Source of the DNA: Magallana gigas
Lineage: Eukaryota
Assembly: GCF_963853765.1 (NCBI RefSeq)
Contig: NC_088862.1
Location: 19,964,001 to 20,028,000 of the forward strand
DNA: 64,000 nt
Direction: 5' to 3'
In this document: positions 40,741-52,497 of the stretch, in pieces
How positions within the stretch are numbered: the first letter of the stretch is position 1
Layout: every line of letters starts with the position of its first letter
Position numbers and translations under genes: made by a program
Notes under the pieces: model-generated
The model's input: only the letters and a program-made list of their open reading frames with translations
The model's database searches: none
What the model was told of the DNA's origin: nothing

Positions 40741-41100
40741 TATAAATAGTGTCTGTTTGGGAGGGTAACAGTTGAAATTGACACCCCGAGAAAACCATTG
40801 TCAACCGACGCGAAGGGTGGTTGACAATGGTTTTCGAGGGGTGTCAATTTCAACTGTTATCCTCTCAAACAGGCACTATTTATTTTGTTATACTGAATGT
40901 CTTAATTTTTAAGAAAATTTTACTGCTTTTATATAGGAATAACGTGAATTCTACAGCAAACCGTACGCGCATAACTTTCGCGCATGTAACAATTTTTAAT
41001 GTTACCCGTTGCTAAGTGCGTTGCTAACGCTGAGGGTAATAGAACGGATTGTGAACTGCGTCTTAAACAATCAGATTTCAGTTTAACATGAAAGTATAAC
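40741..41100 (+). mobile_element. Long-palindrome non-autonomous element (Crypton-like by architecture)
   Basis: 64-bp arms at 40743-40806 and 40819-40882 around the loop gacgcgaagggt. The tail to ...acatgaaagtataa is shared with 45499-45818. Confidence 0.75.
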
Positions 41101-41990
41101 AATTTCATATACAAAACTAAATAACAAATATAACCTGAACAATTTGCGTAAATTGTATTAAATAAATACTTATTTTCAAATCATGGTAAGTCCAAAAGCC
41201 ATTACACTATACTATCATATGTGATCAAATTTTTAATCTATTGCACAAATTGCACAACACTGAAAAATTTAATTGGATCGGTACTAATGTAAATAAACCC
41301 CAAACATTTAGACATAAAATGATGTGTCACTGCAACATATAAGGTTTTATATGCAGCTTTGTGTTGTAATCAAGGAACGAGAGGGAGAACCAAATACACT
41401 CACTATCCGGTCGTCAGTTCAGAGGTAGCAGCCTTTGATGCGTAATCTCTGTGGAGATTAGCGTTTGGAGATTTTCAATATGAGATTGCAATACCTCTGC
41501 AGTGCCTCAGAAAAAAAAGATTGATGGAAAAGCGTGGAAACTAATCAATATGTCGACTTATAATGACCACTCTGGCATTTGAATAAAGCTTTTTTTCATT
41601 TCTCTTCTCTTTGTTTTATCGCTGTTCAGGCTAAGAGACATAGAATAAAAAAAATCTATACGCAAAAGCATTAATTTGGAAGGAAGGGAGGTTTTGTGCT
41701 AGAAGAGCTTTGTCAGAGTAATAAGGATAAATTTTTATTTTGTGACATCATTCAATAACACATTGTCAATGAATTAGACAAATGTTTATTAATAACATTG
41801 AATATCTCATTTATATCATTATGAACCAATGTTAAGGTTTCACCTAAACAACATAAAGTGAGAGTCTTGATATGTCAGCTATGACTTTTAATTATAGATT
41901 GTGTGTATTATACGTTTTCGTGAAGTGCAAGCCATAAGTCTAGTTACATTAGTTTTTTAATATTCGCTTTGTTCTTTAATTCAAACTAGT

Positions 41991-42044
41991 GTATAACCGG
42001 CGTTATCGGTATAACCGGTATTATCGGTATAACCGGTATTATCG
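41991..42044. repeat. 18-bp minisatellite, 3 units (gtataaccggtattatcg)
   Basis: Units at 41991, 42009 and 42027. Confidence 0.92.
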
Positions 42045-43257
42045 GCATGCCAATGCAAGGATAACAATATAACCCATGAATGATGCTAGGGAACCCATGA
42101 CATTGTATTACGAATGTAATTGGGTTGTAAAATGGTGCAAAAGGAATCATGTATTAACATATTTACACCTACAATCAGTATGGAGGTACCCATTAATAGC
42201 CTTCTTGCAAAAAAACAAACCCCCCCAAAACAACCCCAACATGCTGGTATTTTTAAATTAGACACACGTTTCAAATAAAACTATCAAACTTTACATTAAC
42301 TTACAAAACACTTTAGCAAATAAAATACATTATTGAAATTGCTGTATGTCTTTTAAATTTTTACACATCCAAAAATATGGGCTTTGCTTACGTTGGGCTT
42401 AAATATTTGGCTGTCATAAAAATTCCTTCCATCACTTGCAGTAAAAAAACAGAAATGTTTGAGACATTTTAGCTTTCTGTATGTGGGGGAGATGTACAGC
42501 TAGATAAGTTAATGCGTAAGAATCCAGTAAATATCAATTAAGAGAGAGCCACAGAAGTAGCAAAATATCCAAGTCTTTCACAAAGGACCGGCCAGGAGAA
42601 CTGTCACACTGACGGAGGCTAGAGATGGTCAACAAATTAACCATCAGATCTGCCTAGAATTTTAAGATATGATTTGTTCAGCTATTAACTATTGTTTGTT
42701 AGGAAAAATTCCATATATTGTACCATTTGAATTGGGTATTTTTCAATATTGTTCAATAAAGCTCTTCTTCTCAAGGAGATCAATACAGTCTGAAATATGG
42801 TTACAACTACCGAACCCTCTTGAAATCAATTTGGTATATTTTCTATCTACGACATTCCATTCACTGTATCGACGGGAAGTACATCTATGTATTTTAATCT
42901 TTTTTATGAATAAAAAATTAAATCTTATATTTTGTCTCGTTTCATCTAGATCTAATCTGTATACGATTGGTTTATACTCAAAAGAAATTTGAATCAAACT
43001 GTTGGGGGGGGGGGGGGGGGGGGGGGTTGATAATTGATTGCTGCAATGTCTTCCGTATACTGAAGAGAAACTATTGCCATTTTCATGTTAAAAAATTTAA
43101 ATGCTTTTTTAAAAGCAAAGGCTCGTTTTTAAACTTAAAACATATTTGATGTTTCATTCCGGAATGATTTCAGATTGATATGAAGCAGAAAATCAAAGTA
43201 ATCTGTAGTATCATTCATATAATGAATTATAATATGATTTCCATAATCTATACTCAC

Positions 43258-43443
43258 CAAAAGAGTACAGGCAACCTCTCAGCTTCATGAAAAATTCATA
43301 TAGCCTTCTCCAATAATGATGTTAATTACAATGGTAAATAGATGTGACCCCGTGCTCGCTAGAATCTATTTTAACATCTAGAAAGGGAGGATAGTATTCA
43401 ATGACAGCCTTGCCGCTCTGTGTGAAGTCTCTGAACCCATCGT
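43258..43443 (-). pseudogene. Candidate symmetric phase-1 exon with one in-frame TAA (DGFRDFTQSGKAVIEYYPPFLDVKIDSSEHGVTSIYHCN*HHYWRRLYEFFMKLRGCLYSF)
   Basis: Strong acceptor atattttgcag| and donor tttg|gtgagt. 186 bp. No family recognised. Confidence 0.3.
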
Positions 43444-43647
43444 CTGCAAAATATCACTGCAGCTGTTTTCTTTTCACTACAAACAGGAAGTATGATCTTA
43501 GTTTTCAGACCTTTATAAATTTTACTCTCGTGGGTCGCCATGGGTTCAGATGACCGGTATTGACTTAAAACATAATTCATCTTAAGTTTATGACTAACTA
43601 GAACAATGAATGATGCAATTCTTCCATCAGATCTAACTAAAGATTTT

Positions 43648-44556
43648 TGTAACTCCAAGGGGGTCACTGCCTGTGTTCCCCCGCGGGCCCGTACCCGAGA
43701 TAGAATCGGATAGCCCTGATTGCTGTCAATATTTACAAGTGCAGACTTTAATCACCGCTCCAGCACATATATAGGGCCTCGACGTTACGCAGGCAGGAAT
43801 GACCGCACACCTACGCAACTCAACAGGTACCAACGTTAACGCAAGCAGGGATGACCGCACCCTTGTGTCAACAGCTCAACCTAACGCAAGCACTTGCGCT
43901 AGAAATGCCAACATCAGCAGGGATGACCACACACTAGTGCTCCGCCGCAACCACCACCAAAACAAGCAGGGATGACCGCACACTTGTATCAATGCGATAC
44001 AGAGCGGGGATGACCGCTCACTCTGTATCGTACGTTAGATCACCCAAAGATTAGATATACGAGATGACCACACTCTTAATCTAGACTTACCTGTCTAACT
44101 TTAACCCCAAACTTTCGCTCCAATTATTGATAGAGATACTATATTTATATATGTGCCTGCTTAAAATAATTTGAAGTATCTAAAAATTAGAAATCAAAAA
44201 TAAACACACTAATCCAATCTATTCCAAAACTACTTATGCACAACACCTTATTTACATATACTATTTATTATTGTATAAAAATAATCATCACAATAATTGG
44301 TTAACAGAGGATGCATTAATTAAATAATCAAGAATCAATAAATCAAGGGCAATAACTCAATACAAAAATACAGTAATAAGCTGCCCGCTTCATTTTTATA
44401 TCTTTATCTTGGAAATAAACTATTATTTATAAAATCCTAGTATTTCAGATATCAGAATTCTATATTCTACATCTATGTAATTGTATATCTTTATCTTGTC
44501 AAAGAAATAAAAAAAACGGTCACGGCCATCCATCCCTCCCTCTGAATGATGTTACT
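43648..44556 (-). mobile_element. LTR-like segment (possible solo LTR)
   Basis: On the minus strand it begins AGTAAC and ends GTTACA (5/6 inverted termini). Order is repeat array, then TATATA (43767-43772), then ATTAAA (43747-43752), then the end. No TSD found. Confidence 0.4.
43784..44082 (-). other. Array of six stem-loops with a conserved core GTGTGCGGTCATCCCTGC (minus strand) and unit-specific closing stems, plus one coreless hairpin
   Basis: Cores at 43793, 43845, 43917, 43966, 44004 and a degenerate one at about 44058. Flanks of each unit are mutually complementary. Confidence 0.85.
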
Positions 44557-45498
44557 CGTGCTGTAGTGGATATTTCTTTCATATACATGTATACTAAAAA
44601 CTCATTGCAAAAGATAAAGTATCAAAATTCTGAACCTGAAATCTGCTTTTTATATCCGAAGATAGCCTCTTAACCTGATTTTTAGGCATCGTATTACTGA
44701 TGAAGACTAATCTTTAGCTTGTTATAAAACAATCATTCCACTACCAAATGCTAGCTTCTCAGGAGTTAATTCTTTGAAATAAAATTGTTAAACGTAGTTA
44801 AGTTTGTAGCAACATAGCTGGTATCGCAGAATTTTCACTTTTCAATATGGCATACCGTCTGCTTCTCCACATATTGTGTTATAAATGAAAACTAATGTCA
44901 AAGAAAAAATAGGAAAAGTTTTTATTGGTTGGGGGTTCCGCTTGATTAGCTATCTTTTTTACTTTGGTTTACCAGACGAGAGACTTTAGACGTCACCAAT
45001 CCAGTTCTTTAATTTCTAACCTTATTGACAAATATATTGAATTGTCTCCAAGGATCTTTGTTCAATACCTTGTCTCATCATTTGGCAAAATTTTACAGAG
45101 AAAATAGATATAATTGAATAACAGAGGAAGTCGGCTGTCTCGCATGTTGTCCTCTGCTCGCGGGGGTCCACAGAAGGTCAGAGGCTCTTCCTCTCAGTAA
45201 AAAAGCGCTATGTTGTTTTGGAAAGCGGATTGCAAGCAAAGTAGCATAGCAGATGGTGTATTTTGCATGCCAATACCTTTTCCAATGTTTTGTATAACAA
45301 AACATTTGTATTGTATATTTTTTGAATGGTATTTAATAGATCTCGATTTGTTTAGAATATTTTTTAGCAATGTATGTACCTTGGGTTTGGTTTGGGGAAA
45401 TTTTTTACGAATGATTTTATTTGTTTTATCTTGTAGTTTATCACACTTGGTTACTTTCAAATGCCTATTGAGAGAAGATACATTGAAAGGGTTTTATT

Positions 45499-45818
45499 AT
45501 ATAAATAGTGCTTGTTTGGGAGGGTAACAGTTGAAATTGGCACCCCGAGAAAACCTGGTGAATTTTCTCGGAGTGTCAATTTAAACTGTTACCCTCCCAA
45601 ACAGGCACTATTTATTTTATTATACTGAGTGTCTAAATTTTTGAGAAATTATCACTGCTTTTATATACAAATGTAGAAATAACGAGAATAAATTACGCGC
45701 ATGTAATAGTTCGTTGTGTTACCCGTTTCCAAGTTTGTTGCTTACGTTGAGGATATTAGAAGGTATTATCAATTGCGTATAAACCAATCAGATGTCAGTT
45801 ATCAACATGAAAGTATAA
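45499..45818 (+). mobile_element. Second, more diverged copy of the long-palindrome element with a shortened hairpin tip
   Basis: Arms at 45502-45553 and 45563-45614. Same downstream tail as 40883-41100. Confidence 0.75.
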
Positions 45819-48679
45819 TAAAAATGACTGTTCATTTATAAGAAATAATTGTGTCCTTGTCATTGTATAGGTTCATTGAAATTCATTGCTTTAATGTATT
45901 TTCAAAATAATTAACAAACAGAGATAATTATGGCGATAGTACTAAACTAGAGATGTTAAATGATCCTAAAGGGTACCAATGGAGCAAGAGGATGCTACAT
46001 GTACATTTCTTAAAATCAGTGTTTTTAATTATTATTGATACGTTTTGAAAAACGAAAGTTCAAATCACCAAGCCGCTATTTTGATATTTTATCGATAAAG
46101 TTGTTATCTGTTGAACATATGATATAGGACACTGTGAATGATGATTGTAAAATAGACCACCGTCTAAAGAACCCTTATTGTATAAACACACCTCGTGAAA
46201 ACTACCCAGAACTGCTTCGCATATTACCCAGTGTGATATTGGATAAAAGAAAACCAAAGAAACCCTTTGAACACAACAAAATGATAAATGTCACGATGCA
46301 ATTTAATTGAAAAACTATTTTGAAAAATGAAAGATTTTAAGAAACAAATTGAAATTATATAATTAAAAAATTTAAAAAAAAATATAAAACACAATGCAAC
46401 TGATCATAAACTGGTACAATACAAATAAAAACGTTATGTAATAGAAATTGAAATTATACAACGCTGACTGAACACTAAAAGTTTGATGTAGTGAGCTAAT
46501 TTCTTGTGAACAAGGAGATCGGTTTGTATTTTTAAAACTTAAAGGACATCATGCGCTTATGAGATTGCAGTTTAGGATTACTTTATTTTAAATTTCATTT
46601 TACTTTAAATTTGTAATTCCACTTTCCTTTTTAGCGGCTGTATAATTAAAGAAATTTGACTTTTTGTTAAAAATTGTGAAGTCCGTGAAATAAAACCAAG
46701 AAAAAAAGATTTTTACACAAATTTTACACAATACAATACACTTTGTTCGGAATCATAATGGTTAGCAAACATTGACAAAAGAACTTTCCACTTAAATGTC
46801 ATTTTACTATTTCCCTTCGGAATATGTAAGTATAAGAGTAATCTAATGGATAGCTTTCATTGAAATGTTCCCAAGACGATAGAAGACAAAGTCAACTGGC
46901 AATACCAAAACAGATTTTTACGTAAAACTAAACCAAGCTTAATAATAGACTATCATTATCAAATTTATTGTTAATGTGTCTGCATTGTTCAATCAACCCC
47001 AGACCCCCAACCCCATTCCAACGGGTTTTACATCTGGTGATAAATACATATAGGTCATGACTATAAATAGGGAACACACAATAGCACATTTATTCTTCAC
47101 CGAATTAAACAGAATATAAAAAATTGTTTGGAAGAATCTTAAACTGCAAGACCACTTGACATATGTATTTATTATATTACTTTTGCGATATTCTTAACAT
47201 CCCATGATTTTGACCGATTTTTAAAATTTACGTCAGCATACAGAGAAACTCGCCTGATAATATTCAATTTACATAATAAGTATTTTTTTTCCTTCAAAGC
47301 AAACGAACTTATGAAGGCCAAACGATCACAAATATTGATAGAGGAGCAATATCTAATGTCGGGAAACTAATCTTTATTACGCATAAAGTCACATATTGCA
47401 ACTCGTAAGCTTTTACGTTGCAGACGTCTCATCCATTTAGTGTATCATGTGATTCCCCGATCCCGAAGTAAATCAGGATAAATGAGGTAACATCTGCCGC
47501 TTAAATGGTTCAAGTGGCGTAGAAATTTTTCGTGTAATGTTGTCTTCCAACGACTGAGGCATCTGTCAATGCAACAAAATAGCTATTGGTGTCTGAACAT
47601 GTCCGCTGTAAAGGAAAGAAACATTGTAACATATTGTTTTCGTGGTGAACACGACACCACTCCTTTCCCTATTGTGTCACTTAAATGAATGTGGTTGTGG
47701 AGTCGAGTGACATATTTCAGTAATGGGTTAGGCAACCATTTTTTATATCAAAAGTAGTTAATTTTTGGAATTTCCAGAAGTAGGTTGACAAATATCCCGT
47801 TTTTACAGATAGAAGATCAAGATTATGTGAAAAAGAATGAATTACCATACATCAATATTACCTTAAAATGGTGAACATTTTAGAAACAAAAACAATTTAA
47901 GTGTCGTTTTTTTAATTAATTAAAAGAAGCTGTAACATATAAGCAACATTTTTAGAATAATTAGATATAGTAACGTGAAGTGGTGTTGATAATAAAATAC
48001 ATGGTATTGTCATTTCTTTGATACATATAGTCCATACCAACAACAATAACTACATGTATGTGATATTAAATACGCTGCTGTAATTTTAGTACTTTGCTCC
48101 ACAGTGTTGCTTTTATTATTGCCGTTGTTTTCTTATTTTTTCATAGTTCTCAAATGATTTACAGCTTTTTGAAGATTTTTTTTCGTTCTGGTTCAAATGG
48201 TAACTTTTTCTGTAACATGTGAACATGCAAAAACCAGTGTAATTCCTCCAGAAAATGTGTAGACTCAACTTATTTAGCTCTTTTTTTTTTAATCGTATCT
48301 TCATGTGAGCAAGACTATTTCTATTAAAATAGGTATTTTGCCAGATCCTCACACAAGATATATCTGCTATTATAACGAATGTTTTAAATGGATATTTTGT
48401 AGAATAATTATTCTATTTTAATAAATCCTATAATATTGCTTTAAGAATTTTAAGATGTTTTGTTTTGTTAATTGGTTGCGAGAGTTACTTTGACTGTTGT
48501 GTATTTTGTATTGTGATCAGCTAGTATGTTTATTATTCCACTGGGTTTTTTGTTGTTGTTCATATGGGTTTTTTGTTGTGTTTTTTTACGTTTTTTTTTC
48601 ATAAAAGTTTACATTTAAGGATGATAGGAAACCTCAAACAAGCCTTTTTAACCTAATCATCGTATTTAACCTTGTTATT

Positions 48680-48976
48680 TTGGAGAAAAGCAAACCACTG
48701 AAAGAAAAATTTCCTTATGTAAGGAAAATTGTGATTAAGAATGGGGAGCTGATTACGAGGACAATAAAAAGTGCTGTAGTTGCAGGAGGCAGCAGCAGAA
48801 ATGGTCATCTTGATTCAGAAATCAATGGCAGACACTTAGCTACCGTCTCCGACGACTTCCGTTGTCAGCAGTACACATTTGACGTGCTATTTGGAGTAAT
48901 GCAGGAAGCCATTGAAAGACTAATGTTTCTTGACCCATTTCGGAATTTTTATATGGCATCTTTTACTCCCCAATAA
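48680..48976 (+). CDS. Isolated 98-codon coding-like frame or gene remnant, product unknown
   Basis: Non-repetitive open frame in very AT-rich surroundings with no ATG start. Contains a Gly-rich motif SAVVAGGSSRNG. Confidence 0.3.
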   Translation: MEKSKPLKEKFPYVRKIVIKNGELITRTIKSAVVAGGSSRNGHLDSEINGRHLATVSDDFRCQQYTFDVLFGVMQEAIERLMFLDPFRNFYMASFTPQ

Positions 48977-51900
48977 AATTGATGCATCAGGAAATTTTGT
49001 TTTTCAGTATCACAGCGACACAATAATGCATTTGGTAAAATTTACACCGTGTGATAATGCAAATAGTCTTCATTTGTCTTAAAATAACAAAATGAGTAAA
49101 AAGATTTGAGAGGTATATTATTGCAATCAAAGATTAAATGCTCTAGCTATAAAATTTAACAGATTAAAGAGGGAACTAAAAACAGTGAAAATGATTGTTT
49201 TAAAGACAAGGCGATTCCGTATCTTCGAGTTGTTCAAAAATATTAATTTACAGTGAATGGCAAAATACAGAACAAATTTACTATTAGTATCTTTGGTCCA
49301 TCCATTCATTGCTTGTATAGATTTATTGTCAATATTCTAATGAATAAACATCTTATTATGCGTATTACTTAAGACATTCCGTTGCTGATTATTCAAGCGC
49401 TTTTAAGAGTACAAGTATGTTAGCCAGAACATGGATATGCTATTACTACAAATATCGGGTTTGCTTTGCTGTTTTTCTTTATAAAAACGTGTTCACTTTG
49501 TATATCTTTCGAAAGTCATTAAAGAGGTTTAATTTCTTTTACAAATGATGAACTACAAATTGATACAACATTGTAATTTGCAATTATTATTAGCAGCTAT
49601 TTATAAGAAGTGATAATACACCAATTTTACAAACACGCCATGTGTAAAAAAACACACCTTATCGTTATATACGATAAAATTAATCGTACAACGTCAATGG
49701 AATCTCGTGACATTTGACTTTCGTGAGAAGACATCGCGACGGAACATTTGTTTGGCGAACGAGATTTAATTGGACCAATAGTTAGAACCATTCATATAGT
49801 TTTTCTATAATTACACTAAAAGAGCCAATTCTAGACACGACTTGTCAAGCTTACAATCGTAGCAAGTTCAAGGGAGGTTTTTATACCAGAATAACAATAG
49901 AATAGACTATCCTCATCATTGCCTCATTATTGAATGCTTTAAAAGAATATAATCAAACACATTTATGTGTTTTTTCTTTCGCTGAGGCCGGAAATATTAG
50001 GTTTTTTTAAAAGTGCAATTTGTTTACATCTATTTGTAATTAACTCAATTGATTAGCAAATGAATAAATCCTTCAAAATCCCTGAATGCAATTTGATATT
50101 TTTTCAGGCGATAACATATTTTAAATACTACAATTTATATTTACTTAGTTGAATGGAACATTTTTCAAACTATTAGTATTCAAGTTTATATTGTAATACA
50201 TTTACTTGTTTGTGTATGATTACAAGACATACCTGAATCTATGTTTTGGTGAGTTCATTCTAATACAACAATCACACAAAAAGCTAACAGATTCGGACCT
50301 ACAGTTCACAAATCTTTAACAAGATAAAAGCATGTATTTCAAATTCGTGTTTTGCGTCAGTTTAATCGCCATTTTGTCCATATCATTAATATAATAATTT
50401 TCATCTTTTGTCATAGGGATCCGACAGGTTCCGCTCAAGGTACCCGGTTCAGCACGCATAAATTGAATTTCATCCAATCTAGATTCTTGAGATTGTTAGA
50501 TCTTGTGTTCCTAGTGTGAATGAAATCTGAGCATCCAAGTACCGCATTTATTCGCCTGTAAGTCGATACGGAGGCTCAGTACAGTAACTGTATTTTTTCG
50601 CCTGTAAGTCGAAACGGAAGTCAGGGGAGTAGAAAAATCAAACAAAGGTTAGAGTTCCGACTAAATAGGCCTGACATACAGACATGTACTCCCCACCGAT
50701 AAAACCATTTTGGTTAATTGTACATCATTTAGAATTCTGTTCAGATCAGCCAACAAAACACAGTATTTTTATCCTTTTGTGGTATGATTTTATTTATATG
50801 GTACAAAATTGATCATGCAAATACGAGTTTTATGGATATATATTGTGTAACAAAGGTGATACCTATATGGCAAATTTTATATTAAAAAGAATATGTTGTG
50901 ATTTTTTAATTTATTATTTTATATCCCTTATCCATCTGTTCGCCCATGAAGAACTTTCAAAGAGTTTTTGTAATATCCTTTTAATCGAAATGCACACAGT
51001 TGTAGACCATCTTATCGAACAATAATTCACAAAAATAGCTTTAACACTTGACATTTTACAAAGAATCGATGTTCATTAATCTCTTGAAAAGCATCTCTTT
51101 TGTTAGAGCTGCTCTGAGGGTCTATGAACTTCAGCGCTAATCCATAATAAAATAAATATTTAAGATAGGAAAGACAGAAGGAGAGGGAAGCTAAATTTAA
51201 TAACAACTATAAAAGATATCTGAAAGGAACTTTAATTGTTCCCAAAAGCGGGTTTTTTTGCCCTAAGATCGTCATTAAGTCCAATATGTTTGCACCTTTA
51301 AGTTAATAATTACAAAATACGATAGCTTGCGGTGTCGATACATCAGCGGTAACAGATTGCCTTAACAGGTAGATGTCTAGTTATACATTTTTTTTTGTAA
51401 AACAAAATCAAAGGAGGGTTGTTTACGAAATTAGATCACAACGTTTGAACAATTTCATGTTTAACTATAAAAACATAACTGATGCAATTGTGCACTTTAT
51501 TCACATGTAGCATATATATATATATATATAAATTATTTCTTTCACAGAATGGGCAGTTTTCGACTTATATCCTTTATTGAGATGTGTTTTTCAAGTTGTT
51601 CTTATTTTTGTCCCATGAAAAGTGAATTTTTATTTCATACAAACTAATATGCTAACTCTCACTAAATCGGGGGTTTAAGGAAGAAAATAAGAATATTTTT
51701 GTTGGTTATAAAAAATCAAAAGCGAATGAATGTATCATGTATATGTGTAAGTGTTAGCAGTACTTACTAGTATGTTGAATTATCATGCATCGTTTACCAA
51801 AGATTATTTTTAGAAATTAAAATAGTGTACACTAAGCTTAGTTATTTTTCTATTTACCCAAACACTCTTGATGGCTTTTTATGGTGATTTGGCGAATTCA

Positions 51901-52024
51901 GAAGATTCTGCATAAATATTGGTCCACCTTGCTCGAGACAAATCTTTAAAAGAGGCAAAATCATCCGTTATCCTTTCAATTATTCATAAATTTCTCTCGG
52001 TGCAATGGGGTGAGCAACTGCATG

Positions 52025-52031
<7 letters not shown>

Positions 52032-52109
<78 letters not shown>
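52032..52109. repeat. (TA)n microsatellite
   Basis: Direct reading. Confidence 0.98.
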
Positions 52110-52112
<3 letters not shown>

Positions 52113-52397
52113 CTTTACACATATGTTATATTCACATATACATGTACAAGCAGCTTTAAGAATATGCTGTCACTTTTGCATTTTGTTCCTAGTCATTAGC
52201 ATTGCACCGATCGAATGTTTACAAAGAGTATATTTAACAAAACACTTTATGTTTAAACGGTTTTTATTTGTTCTGTGAAACGATGAAAAATCTTCAAAAG
52301 CTTTATTTTTATCAAAGCAATGTGATCCTTTTAATTCAAAACTTGTGAAGGTCCTTAAAATGATGAAAGACGTCTTAGTTTATGAAACGAAACAGAC

Positions 52398-52497
52398 CTC
52401 TAGAAGAGATGTTTTGTTTTGATGGGTCCATTCCATCATCTGGAACATATGATTGCATTAATCGTTCATTGGCACCGGATTCTGACAGTGCTGCCAT
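52398..52497 (-). CDS. Candidate first coding exon (MAALSESGANERLMQSYVPDDGMDPSKQNISSR)
   Basis: ATG at 52497-52495, open frame, possible donor agag|gtctgt. No family recognised. Confidence 0.2.

Noticed and set aside
43793-44075. CRISPR array
   Set aside because: Eukaryotic context with no cas genes. Repeats are only 18 nt and degenerate, spacers range from 20 to 54 nt, and spacer ends are complementary across each repeat rather than independent.
43793-44075. SECIS, hammerhead ribozyme, IRE or box C/D motif (AUGA in the plus-strand core)
   Set aside because: No opposing GA quartet or apical AAR, no CUGANGA..GAAA core, no CAGUGN loop and no box D. G-U pairing favours the opposite strand.
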